The translations under genes were made by a program, and so were the position numbers. This document shows positions 53,407 to 64,000 of a DNA stretch of 64,000 nucleotides, one piece after another (within the stretch, counting starts at the first letter, position 1; each line of letters starts with the position of its first letter). This stretch comes from Amphiscolops sp. MND2022. Lineage: Eukaryota. Where the stretch lies: assembly GCA_964187785.1 (NCBI GenBank), contig OZ076409.1:18664001-18728000 (forward strand), given 5' to 3'. A model generated the notes under the pieces. The model was not told where the DNA came from. It was given only the letters and a program-made list of their open reading frames with translations, and ran no database searches.

Positions 53407-54166
53407 AGTGAACTATGTACAATGTAAGCGTTTTAGTTAGATTGTTTGTATTGATTTTGATATATGCTGATCATTTGTTCTTAACCGAAAGGTTTGTTGT
53501 TTACAAGTCTACTAATTCGGCGAGTAATTAATTATTGCGTCGGTGATTTATTTTTATGTTTTTTTTGAGTAGTTTCGAGCAATTTGTGCGGACTTTGGGT
53601 TTTGGTTATGGTTCTATATACAGTTTATGTGTTTGCGTAATAGGGCGTTATCGAAACAGCTTGTGTTGAAAGTTAGGATTTGTTTTCTTTCTTTTGAATT
53701 TTGAAGATTTTTCAGTTCTTGGCACAAGGTTTTGTCGTCACAAAACCTCTACAAAACTAACTTAGAATCCACTGTGTCATCGGATTACCCGGGAAGCACA
53801 GCTTCATCTGAATGTGAACCCCCAACTGAACAGACACTACGATGAGAAATGTCTACCAGCATGATGGAATATGAATGCTGGTTAAATTGTATTGGCTTTC
53901 GTTGTGTCTAGGTGACTTGACGGGGGGGGGGGTTGAAAAGTTCTAATTTTTACTTTAGTGTTAGTTGGGGCTTTGATTCCTGTATGTAGGCGTACTTTTC
54001 CAGTTATTCCGTGAGAGTTTCTTTTTGGGAGGTTTCATGATTACATATAAGGTTTTTTGTTGAATAGAATAAATTATCAAGGGTGGCACTGTTGAAATGC
54101 ATGTTTCTTTTGTAATCTGTCTACTTTTGTTTACATGTATTGAGTGTTTTTCATGTACTTTTGAGT

Positions 54167-55180
54167 AGATGTGTAAGCGATGGAAAATTCCCATCGTAAT
54201 CACATCGTTACAAAGTCTTGCGTGAGAGTAGTGTTGTTATTGGCGGCAATGATTGAATCGGTGAAGTATATTCATCGGTTCGTCATCGTTGATTAAGTGT
54301 TGTGGGTATTTTTGTTTGACTTCTACAAGCGATGGGCAATCGATGGTAAATTTCCATCGTTTGTCCATCGTGTTACATTTTCAGATTCATTGTGGAGCTT
54401 GGAGTAACCGATGGAAGGTTTCCATCGTTTTGGCATCGTTGTGGTGAGCTTGTTTGTCTAGCCTGATTGTGGATGCAGCGATGTGAGAACGATGAAACAT
54501 TTTCATCGTTTCTCTATCGTTGGTTATTGACTGGTTCATTTTGGGTTGGAAATTCTAGAAGTGATGAGTAACCGATGAACTATTTTCATCGGTTTTCCAT
54601 CGTCACCTAATAACTAGGTAATTTTGTGTTGTGGAGTGGTGGCGATGAACTAACGATGAAAAATTTCCATCGTTTTTTCATCGGCGTGTGTCTATTGGTG
54701 CGTTAGCTTATGAATAGTAGTTGTATCTTTTCGGTGTCCTCAATCAGGGCGGTAATGAACCGAATGTCAACCCAAGGCAAGTCCTGTGGTCTGTTGACGA
54801 TTGAGGATTATTCTCTCTTGACTGAAGGTAATGTAGAGAGAAAGTGGATGTAGAAGTGATGGAGAAAATCCATCTCTTTTACATATTGATGTGATAATTT
54901 TTGTGCAAGGGTGATGGTTTGTCTAATGTCCATCGAGTAGTCGGTAATCACTGATTGAGTTTTCATCGACTGAGTGTCGTTAAGCAGATGTTAACACGAG
55001 GCGAAGCCTACGAATTATTAACAGGCAGGTCGTGGAAACTCTGTATGATTTTGTGGCATGGTCGAAGAGAGGATGGGGATGAGAAAACGATGGGTGTGAA
55101 CCATCATTAAACTCACTTGAATTTTATGTGTTTTGTAAGCGATGTGGTACCGATGGAAATGTTCCATCGGTTTTACATCG
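54167..55180. promoter_or_regulatory. Cluster of 41-bp dyad motifs CGATG-N6-CGATG-N9-CATCG-N6-CATCG
   Basis: Copies start at 54167, 54330, 54479, 54562, 54643 and 55140, with degenerate copies near 54247 and 54398. Also present at 46687 and 46762. Regulatory function is inferred. Confidence 0.55.
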
Positions 55181-55331
55181 TTCCTGGTAATTTCACTGTT
55201 TCTTCACGATGGAGTGTTATTTCACCATCGTTTTGATGTGAGATTGTCGTTTACATGTTTTCCACTCGTTTTCTACTGCAGAGTGGTGTTTGTTTTGCGT
55301 AGAGCGTTTCGAGCAGTTGAGATTTCATGAA

Positions 55332-56495
55332 TTAGAAAGTCTGAGTAGCGTTTCGGCTGGGGGTTTTCGCGTAGACTATATTTGCTTTTATTGTCCTTGT
55401 TGCTATCAGATTTGGCGTTTCGTCATCGTTCACCTGTTGGGGTATCTCGGTGTTGGTAGGTATTTTTAATGGTTCTGGCGGTTTCGATGTGTCTTCATTG
55501 ATCTCTTGTGGAATTATCTCGTCGTTTTCATTGAACTGCACCTGTGGGACATTTTGAGGTGGGTCGTCTATGACTATTTCCGGTTGTGGTGTTAACGACA
55601 GTCGGTTCGGTAGTCGATTTAGCGGTCTGTCGCGTCTGATTGCTTGTCTGTAATCTGGAGATTTTAGTCGAATGACTCTGTCAACTGGTGTCTCTTCATC
55701 AGTTTCTGGTTCATCCGGTTCCGAGGTTGTTTCAGGTTGTCTCGGTACGTGCGAGTGGAAAATATTAGAATCTTCGGTGCGATCCGTGTCAGCGTATACT
55801 GGTTGGTTACCAATGTCTACGTCTTTTACAGGGAACTCTGGTTTGAAAATTTTCAATCGTATGCGATGAACGCATTGTGTCTTGAACGTTCCTACTTTCC
55901 GAATGATGTAGTTACTTTCGGATAGCACTTTCATCACTTTGAACGGACCCTTCCAGTGGAAGGTCTTGAACTCTTCTTTACAACCCTGAGAGTCGTATTT
56001 GGGGTCAAGTAGAAAAACAAGGTCGTTCACTTTGAGAGGTTGGGCTTTGGCTTTTCTGTCATAGTAAGCTTTGTACTTGTGGTACGCAGCTACTATGTTG
56101 TCGGTGTTGTCTCGGTAAATTTCGTTCATGCGGTCTAAGATTTCGTTGACGTCTCCGAATTTGGTGTCGACTCTTCTTTCAGGGTTAGAGTATTTTAGGT
56201 CCAAAGCGTTATATGGAGTGCGTCCGTGAAAGATTTCAGTTGGTGAACATTTCAGAGAAGTGTGGTATGTGGTGTTGTGGGCCATGATTGCTATGTCGAC
56301 ATAGCGGTCCCATTGTGGTCTGTCTACGTTTACATGGATTTTTAAAATCTTTTTAAGTTTTGCATGACTTCTCTCGACCAAGCCTATAGTTTGTGCATGT
56401 TTTATCGTTGCATGGGAGATTTTTATGCCTGCGATTTTTGTGAGTTGTTCGAACAGTTCAGCGGTGAAAACGGATTTTTCGTCAGTGAGGATGTG
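55332..56495 (-). CDS. pol: G2 integrase, C-terminal part (downstream of the BEL insertion)
   Basis: HILTDEKSVF...QTIGLVERSH...HNTTYHTSLKCSP...YYDRKAKA...WKGPFKV. Confidence 0.92.
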   Translation of the reverse strand, partial: HILTDEKSVFTAELFEQLTKIAGIKISHATIKHAQTIGLVERSHAKLKKILKIHVNVDRPQWDRYVDIAIMAHNTTYHTSLKCSPTEIFHGRTPYNALDLKYSNPERRVDTKFGDVNEILDRMNEIYRDNTDNIVAAYHKYKAYYDRKAKAQPLKVNDLVFLLDPKYDSQGCKEEFKTFHWKGPFKVMKVLSESNYIIRKVGTFKTQCVHRIRLKIFKPEFPVKDVDIGNQPVYADTDRTEDSNIFHSHVPRQPETTSEPDEPETDEETPVDRVIRLKSPDYRQAIRRDRPLNRLPNRLSLTPQPEIVIDDPPQNVPQVQFNENDEIIPQEINEDTSKPPEPLKIPTNTEIPQQVNDDETPNLIATRTIKANIVYAKTPSRNATQTF

Positions 56496-57419
56496 TGTTG
56501 GCGCCAGTCATCAGCAGGCAAAGAAAGTCGATTTGGAACATGCTGGTTGAGAAACAAGACTTAAACTCTTAAAAACTTAGATGAAAATTTGAAGAAAATC
56601 CAATCATCACAATTCTTTAAACCCCCCCCCCCCAAATGGGTTTTCTCCAAGACTATTAATCATAGAGCCATGAAACTTGGCACAAATACGCAAGTACCTA
56701 ACTCAAACACACCGGCCAAGTTTCAATGTCATCCACCCATTATAACCCCCTTTACCCCTCACATGTGTAGTATTCAAGGTCATTGAGACAAAAATGTGAA
56801 ATTTGTTATTTACCCATATGACCACATTAGAATGTAACTCTGTTGAATTGATGATAGTTACATAGTGTAAACATGCTTTAGAGCCCACCTAACCAACATG
56901 CCAAAACCACCACATAGTTTGTTTACTTAGCCAATAACTTCATTTTATGCTTTAAATGTCATTTATTTATACAACATATTTCAACTTATATTTGCTCTAT
57001 ATTTACTGTAGAATTGTAAACCACATTTATACCATTATTAGATAGAGATTTTCTCCACTGAATAGCTATAGTCAAGTTGGGTCTCAGGACCGCGAGACTA
57101 ATTAATCTACTTCTCAATCTTCACAACTTTTCGCTAGAGTCAGAGCGACTAAGTAGCTACTCTCATAGTTGGAGAGCCGGAGCGCGTGAAGATACTGTGA
57201 GGGAAGTGTGTGCAGGATCACATCGGATCCAAATCAGTGCAAAGAGGAATCGCAGGAGATTCCACGGGTCACATCGGACCCATCAAGCTAAAAGATACAG
57301 TCCTTTAAACACGAAAAACCAGGAATTGTTTAGTGACGGTCCACAGCACTAAGCAACGGATCAGGGCGGCGTAAAGCTTGTCAAGCCTCAGCGCAGGATA
57401 AAGGCAAGCAGCCGTTACA
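56496..57419 (+). repeat. BEL B 5' LTR (924 bp)
   Basis: TGTTGG...GTTACA; matches 60869-61789. Confidence 0.95.
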
Positions 57420-57421
57420 TT

Positions 57422-57438
57422 TGGTCCGCCGACCCGGA
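57422..57438 (+). other. BEL B primer-binding site (tRNA-Tyr-like)
   Basis: TGGTCCGCCGACCCGGA, 2 nt after the LTR; similar to the TGGTCCTTCGAGCCGGA Tyr-type PBS. Confidence 0.7.
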
Positions 57439-57584
57439 CCACTCGTTGGTGGACGACCCGGACTGCTCGTTGGTGGACGACCCGGACTAGAAGAAGAAGA
57501 CGAGGACGAAGGCGACTCGTTGGTGGACAACTGAGAAGATCGCCCAAGAACTGGATCTTGGAGTCTCTAAGTTTGTGTCTCTGG

Positions 57585-57790
57585 GATTGGGCTACTAAGT
57601 CTCTGGGAGATTGGGCTACTAAGTCTCTGGAAGATTGGGCTACTGTGTCTCTTGGAGATTGGGCTACTGTGTCTCTGGGAGATTGGGCTTTTGTGTCTCT
57701 GGGAGATTGGGCTACTGTGTCTCTGAGAGATTGGGCTACTGTGTCTCTGGGAGATTGGGTTACTGTGTCTCTGGGAGATTGGGCTACTGT
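57585..57790 (+). repeat. 24-bp tandem repeat in the BEL B leader
   Basis: About 8 copies of gggctactgtgtctctgggagatt; related degenerate units occur in the copy A leader (~19780-19985). Confidence 0.9.
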
Positions 57791-58143
57791 TACTCTGTGA
57801 GCTTGGGCTATTGTGACTCTGGGTGTTTGGACTATAGTGACTCTGGAGTTGGGACTAGTGTGTACTCTGGGAGTTGGGCTTTAGCGGCACTCTGGAGGTA
57901 TTTGTGCATCAATTCTATTTTTGAGACGAATTGTATTCTTTGGGATCGTATTCCTGATTGAAGCAAAGATCTGGTCTAAGACGTCATTGCAAGTAAATCC
58001 ACCAAGTAAAGCAAAGGGATCAAGTCAGAGGGACATGATCCACTGAAACAATCAAGTTCGTCAACGAAGGCAAGTATAACCGACAGTATTGGGTTGATTC
58101 TTCAAGAATTGGCGATTGATTACCAGATTGAGCAGTTGACACT

Positions 58144-60945
58144 TTGTATCTGAGAAATTGCAAAGTTGGGATAAGTGAAAAAGCCTACAAGAAACAATTG
58201 CGAAGTTCGAAAGCCCTCAGTGAAACAAAAGAGTCATATGAACAAATGAAAGCCAAAAAGAAAGAAAAGCAACTGATGCAGCACCCTCGAATGGCAATTG
58301 TGTTTGAGGAAAGAAACACAAAGCAGAGCCAACAACTGATGGAGCTCAGACCGAAAGATTTGGAAAATGCGTCAGATTGGTACGCGTGGTGCCTTTATTG
58401 GGATATTGTACCCCTACATGTGAAAAAGCTCCATACATTGGTAAAAGACTTGGATGACAAGCTCGATGAGGAAGGAGCTGTTGTATCCAAAAGCAAATTG
58501 ATTGATCGGGTAATTGAATACCGCGAGAGAAGACAGGCGTTGCTGTTCTGTGTAGACTTTATGTTGAGTCTTACAAATGAAGAAACGCAAAGACAGCTCA
58601 GTCGAAGTGTGACTGAATGGGACGAATTCTTTGCGAAACTGGAATCGAGTTGGGGATATTGGTTCCCCGATGTGCAGCAAATGTTGAAGTGTCCAATTGA
58701 TGGGACAAAAGAGTTAAAACTGAGTCAGATGACAAATGGAACATCTGCATACGCAGCTAAGAGGTGCCCTCGCACAAGAAAGTTGAGGCAAAGACGTGTC
58801 CATCAGGCAAAACCTAATTGTGTAAAGAAAACAGCTAGTGAAAAGGAATCACTGACACGGTCAAGAAAGACCAAGGACCAAAAAAGTTGCTGTGGTATGA
58901 GAGACAGCATATCTGAAGTAGAAAACTCAATCAACGATGTGACATCACTACTCGAAGAAAACAGTAAGGTGTCTGACGTAACAATCCTGACGGACAACAG
59001 ACCAACAGTTAACACGAAGTGGTCTAATGGAGATCGACTGTTTCCTCTAGCATTAGAGAAAGCGGAAGATCAGAAATCGGATGAAGTCCAAGGCCAAAGA
59101 AGCGAGACTGGACAATTGGAAAAAGAGGAACTGGGCAAACATCCAAAACTGGTTGAAACCAGAAGCAACAGAAGCTATGTGATATCGAAAAGTTCAAGTG
59201 CTAGACGAGTTCTTCATTTGAAAGTAAAAGCTCAGAAAGAGCAAGAAGAACTGCAAACCCGACTCGAGAAACTGAAGCGTGAAGCAATACAAATGGAAAT
59301 AGCTGACTTGCATGAACAGCTTGCCCGCAAAGCCAGAATAGCTGAAAAGGAAAGAGAAATAGCGGGAGTGTCGAGCAGTCAGGGGACTAGCTTCCCAAGT
59401 GTCTCATCAGTCGACAGTTTCACGGAAGACTCAAGATGCATGGCTGAGACGGAAACAGTCGAAGACGGCGCTAAGTCCAATATTGCACTATCAGTTCATT
59501 TGAAATCAGAGAATGCAGTGAAATTAGTTCACGAAGGAAAGTTCTCCGCGCATAGGAGAGACTCAAAACCTCCAACAGAAGCCGATGAGCAAGCTGATGA
59601 CGGAACGTGCAGAAATGAAGCAATATCACAACCAGACGTGAAACTTGCAAACCAAGGAACCTCGCAGCTCATCACAACGGAATGTATACAGAAATTGTCA
59701 GAAACATTCATTGTAGACAACGGTCGGCAAGACGTCCGTTCAGAAACCCTCCTCGTGGATACCAAACAGGTTTTGGAAGAAGATATTCACTTGGGCATGA
59801 GTGAGCATTCGATGAGTCAAACAAAGGAGAACTTGAATCACACAATGGCAGAAACAAGGAAGGAGCATAGATTCTTATCATTCGCATCAAGCAAACAATC
59901 TTCGGAAGAATTGAATGTGAAATTGGAGCTGCTGCAAGAGAGTGCAGAAAATACCGCCGTACAACAGGACATACAACAAGGGAAAATATTCGAAGTGACG
60001 ATGTTTCATGACAGTACTCTACTTCTTGAAGAAGGAAACAAATGATTTGAATTCGACGAAAGTTATGGATTTGTGAATGAGCAACAATTTGCACTGCTTG
60101 ATGATTGTAATGAAGAAGCAATGTATCGAAAGCTATGCCATGTTGCAGCAAAACATGACGAACCCGTTGAATGCAATGCCAAAGGTGAAACAGGTACCAT
60201 GATTGCAACCTTTGGAAAGAAATTTGATTTTGACTTCAAAATAAGCCTTGTAGAAGAAACTATCCCGAGTAATAACAATGAGTGGAACCCTCGGATTGGT
60301 AATGGAAACTCTGGGATGGACGCGGTGGCACAGGCTAACGGTATGGATAAAACTCAATTGAGCAAAAGCTACCGCAAGCGACCGAAGAAACGAGCTTGGA
60401 AGTTTGAACATACCTCAATCCTATTACATGGAATGGTCGAATGTGTTCAATTGACAACTGGCATCCTAAATGCAAAGATTGTGATAGATGAATTTGCAGA
60501 TGAAATATCGCTAATGGAAACGCGATTGGGTTCTTCAAAAGCACAAACAACAACAAGTTCGGAAAGTGGGCGTTTCATAGGGCCGGCTGTATCATGGGAA
60601 GAAATGATGATGCAACTTCAATTTTTTGGAAAATGGAAAAAAGAAGGAATTAGACAACTTGAAGTCAATGATTTGGTTTGGATAGTGGATGAAAGTGTAA
60701 AAAGAGCACACTACAAGATGGGTATAGTGTTGGAAGTCTATCATGGAAGCGATGGGCGAGTGAGATCAGCGCTGGTGAAAACGGAAGATGGAAAACTCAA
60801 AAGACCAGTAGTGAAACTGGCACCCATGTTCTACGAAAGTGTTTTCGGGAGAAAAACAGGGCCGGCAATGTTGGCGCCAGTCATCAGCAGGCAAAGAAAG
60901 TCGATTTGGAACATGCTGGTTGAGAAACAAGACTTAAACTCTTAA
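58144..60945 (+). CDS. BEL B long ORF (~930 codons, single in-frame TGA at 60043-60045): partial Gag-like coiled-coil, unassigned middle, BEL Pol C-terminal tail
   Basis: ORFs 58144-60045 and 60073-60945 share a frame. RSNRS..SKSSSARRVL..RIAEKEREIA resembles copy A Gag. The end, VNDLVWIVDE..GKLKRPVVKLAP, resembles the copy A Pol C-terminus. Confidence 0.6.
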
Positions 60946-61789
60946 AAACGTAGATGAAAATTTGAAGAAAATCCAATCATCACAATTCTTTAAACCCCCC
61001 CCAAATGGGTTTTCTCCAAGACTATTAATCATAGAGCCATGAAACTTGGCACAAATACGCAAGTACCTAACTCAAACACACCGGCCAAGTTTCAATGTCA
61101 TCCACCCATTATAACCCCCTTTACCCCTCACATGTGTAGTATTCAAGGTCATTGAGACAAAAATGTGAAATTTGTTATTTACCCATATGACCACATTAGA
61201 ATGTAACTCTGTTGAATTGATGATAGTTACATAGTGTAAACATGCTTTAGAGCCCACCTAACCAACATGCCAAAACCACCACATAGTTTGTTCACTTAGC
61301 CAATAACTTCATTTTATGCTTTAAATGTCATTTATTTATACAACATATTTCAACTTATATTTGCTCTATATTTACTGTAGAATTGTAAACCACATTTATA
61401 CCATTATTAGATAGAGATTTTCTCCACTGAATAGCTATAGTCAAGTTGGGTCTCAGGACCGCGAGACTAATTAATCTACTTCTCAATCTTCACAACTTTT
61501 CGCTAGAGTCAGAGCGACTAAGTAGCTACTCTCATAGTTGGAGAGCCGGAGCGCGTGAAGATACTGTGAGGGAAGTGTGTGCAGGATCACATCGGATCCA
61601 AATCAGTGCAAAGAGGAATCGCAGGAGATTCCACGGGTCACATCGGACCCATCAAGCTAAAAGATACAGTCCTTTAAAACACGAAAAACCAGGAATTGTT
61701 TAGTGACGGTCCACAGCACTAAGCAACGGATCAGGGCGGCGTAAAGCTTGTCAAGCCTCAGCGCAGGATAAAGGCAAGCAGCCGTTACA
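60869..61789 (+). repeat. BEL B 3' LTR (921 bp)
   Basis: By eye it differs from the 5' LTR by about 2 substitutions and 2 homopolymer indels. Confidence 0.95.
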
Positions 61790-64000
61790 AGTGAGGATGT
61801 GCGTTGGAACGTATGCGTGTTTGGTGAATACCGACAGAAGGGCGTTGATAACAGACTTCGTGTCAGGTTTACGCAGCGGTACAGCAAACAGATAACGCAA
61901 AAATACGTCGATTGCGGTCAAAATGTGAGAATAACCGTTCGAAGCAGGCAGTGGTCCGACTATATCTATCTCTAGTAGGTCAGTAGGGCCGTTACACGGA
62001 TCGTATATCTTCTGCAACGGCGGGCGGAGGTTTGATTCATTCGTAGATTTTGATCGCATACAATTTTCACAACTTTCTAGAACTTTTTGTGTTTTTTCGG
62101 TTAAACTAGGAGAGTAGTAGCGCTTTCGTAGTTCATGTAGCATCTTTTTAGAACCAGGGTGTCCTTGCACAGGGTTGTTGTGGAAAAACCTGATTATTTC
62201 TAACATCACTTGTTCAGGTACAACAATTTGTTTATGGGACTCAAGGCCTGTATTGTCATAAAAGATACGGTACAGGACTCCGTTTACATTTTCAAGGCGT
62301 TTTCGATTTTTGTGAAGTTTTTGGAAAAAGTTTGACATCAAGTTTACAGAGTGGTTCAGGGTAGTTTCTCCAGACAAAATTTTTAACATCAGTTGAATGT
62401 CGTTATTTGTTTTTTGAGCTAAAATTAGATCGACTCCCCCGAAGGGGCTAACCTCCTTCGTTACTGGGTTTAGTAACGGTATTTTGACGATGAATTTTGT
62501 GTACACTGGTGATTGATCATCAGTCATGAGTCGGTAGATCTGAGGGTAGCTTGTGTGGTCATTCTCAGAGGCCGGTGGTGCTGATTCTACAGAGTTCATC
62601 GGTTTGTCATCGTCATTGGCTGTCGTTGCCACATCAACTGGTTTCATCGATTTGCCATCATCACGTGTCACTGTCTCAGAGTTGGTCACTTTCATCGGTT
62701 TTGCATCATGTGACTTCTTCTGTCTCAGTGTTTCGCCAGGAGAGAAGTAGTCTGGTTCGTCGTCCTCCTGTTTTGGCGTCTTCGAGGCTATTTCGATTTC
62801 TATGTGATGTACTGGAATGGAATCAGTTAATTTTAGATGAACACGTTCTTCAGGTCTAATTTCCAACCTGGAAAGGTAATCCGCTGCAGGATTCTCTACA
62901 CCTGGTACATGTGCTAAAATAAAATTAAATTGAAGTGTCTGGTCGCAAAAATTCCAAAGTGACGGTGGTATGTGTTTGGCCTGAAAGAAACGGGTGAGTG
63001 CTTTATTATCTGTCATTACAATTATAGGTTTCTTCGCTCCCCACAGAATGTGGCCGAACTCGTCGAACGCGAAGTGCATGGCTAAAAACTCTTTCGCGTA
63101 CATTGTTAATGACATCTGTCCACCCTGAAATTTCTTAGAACCAAAAGCAACTGGTGCGTACTTCTTCAAGCTACCCGATTGTGTTTCAGAGTAGTCTTCT
63201 ATTAAAAGAACATAACCTGCTGCATGTTCACTCGCGTCACACATGATTACTAATTGTTTATCCGGAAGGGGAAGTTTCAATGACAGTTTAGTAGCCTTGA
63301 GTAAACTTTCGTTAATGTCAAAAATTACATCTTTGTGACGTTGTTCTAATTTAAAGGTAGTGTCTTTTTTGATTAACTCGTGAAGGACGGCTGTTTTGTC
63401 TGCCAACCGGGGAATGTAGGACCTGTAAAAGTTGATAAATCCTAAGTACCGTTGGAGAGCTTTAACTGAATTGGGAGGTTTGAGTTTCTTCAAATAATCA
63501 GTTATTCGTTTTTCGATGGGTGCTATTCCGGTGCTAGAAATTGATTTGCCAAGGTATTCAATTTGTTGTTGACCGGATTCACATTTATTCATGCTGAGTT
63601 TTAAACCAGCTTTGGTCAACTGCTGAAGAACAAGTTCTAAATTTTCAATCAATTCATCAGGCGTATCTGCTGCTATGCCTATGTCGTCAACATACTGGGC
63701 ACAGCGGTCCGCTTTGACCAAGGGGTCCAAGTACTCGCAGACTACACTGGTGAAGGCTGAAAGAGAACGGTTAAGACCTTGAGCTAGTCTAAGAAAAGCA
63801 AAGGTACGGGATCCAAAGTAAAGACAAAAATTGGATCGACTGCTCATCGGCCATTGGTATGCAATGGTACGCCTGGGAACAATCAAGTTTACAGAAGTAT
63901 TTTTTCCCGGCCATGTGTTGAGCAGCGTCTGAAACAGTTGTAACTGGGTGGTTATGTTCTCCGTAATCGTTCTTGATCAGGTGGTTGATTCTCCGCAAGT
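61790..64000 (-). CDS. pol: G2 pol (RT, RNase H, integrase N-terminal part); frameshift near 63830; continues beyond the window
   Basis: KLDCSQAYHC, YVDD, MCDAS, HNNPVQGHPG..CENC, EIDIVGP, ..VPTHILT. Confidence 0.95.

Larger units (their letters stand above)
56496..61789 (+). mobile_element. Young non-autonomous BEL/Pao element (copy B), 5294 bp, nested in the G2 integrase
   Basis: Two nearly identical LTRs and a PBS; no PR/RT/RH/IN motifs; flanked by the 12-bp direct repeat AGTGAGGATGTG. Confidence 0.92.
45631..64000 (-). mobile_element. Ty3/Gypsy element G2 (5' part lies outside the window), with an antisense cargo gene and a nested BEL/Pao insertion
   Basis: pol related to but distinct from G1 pol; same layout as G1 (pol, antisense gene, GGGAG|TGTC, long LTR). 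Confidence 0.8.

Noticed and set aside
54167..55180. CRISPR or simple tandem repeat reading of the dyad cluster
   Set aside because: Spacing is irregular and only the pentamers are conserved, which fits binding-site or hairpin motifs better.
57558..57961. ORFs with DWATVSLG / LGYCVSGR repeats
   Set aside because: They are translations of the 24-bp leader repeat, which is open in several frames.

Overview
Eukaryotic, animal-type genomic DNA (spliceosomal introns, a DEG/ENaC gene, BEL/Pao elements), dominated by transposons. In order: the last two exons of a DEG/ENaC channel gene (2164-2341, 5301-5592), whose intron holds a perfect 76-bp palindrome and a CCCG..CGGG TIR element; a decayed Ty3/Gypsy pol (~6.7-10.7 kb); a ~5.8-kb satellite of 84-bp monomers with higher-order structure; a decayed BEL/Pao element lacking its 5' LTR; a complete 15.65-kb Ty3/Gypsy element G1 (29831-45482, minus strand, TSD TCCTC); and a related but distinct Gypsy element G2 (45631 to beyond 64000, minus strand), whose integrase is split by a young non-autonomous BEL/Pao element with a 12-bp target duplication. 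Main observation: G1 and G2 each carry, antisense to gag-pol and between pol and the 3' LTR, a homologous intron-containing gene with a BED-type zinc finger and a hAT-transposase-like C-terminus; the two genes share a 486-bp phase-0 exon. Both elements also have ~1.7-kb LTRs containing the gag start. G2 carries repeated 41-bp dyads (CGATG-N6-CGATG-N9-CATCG-N6-CATCG), which are candidate binding sites for the cargo protein. All homology calls were made by eye; no database searches were run.
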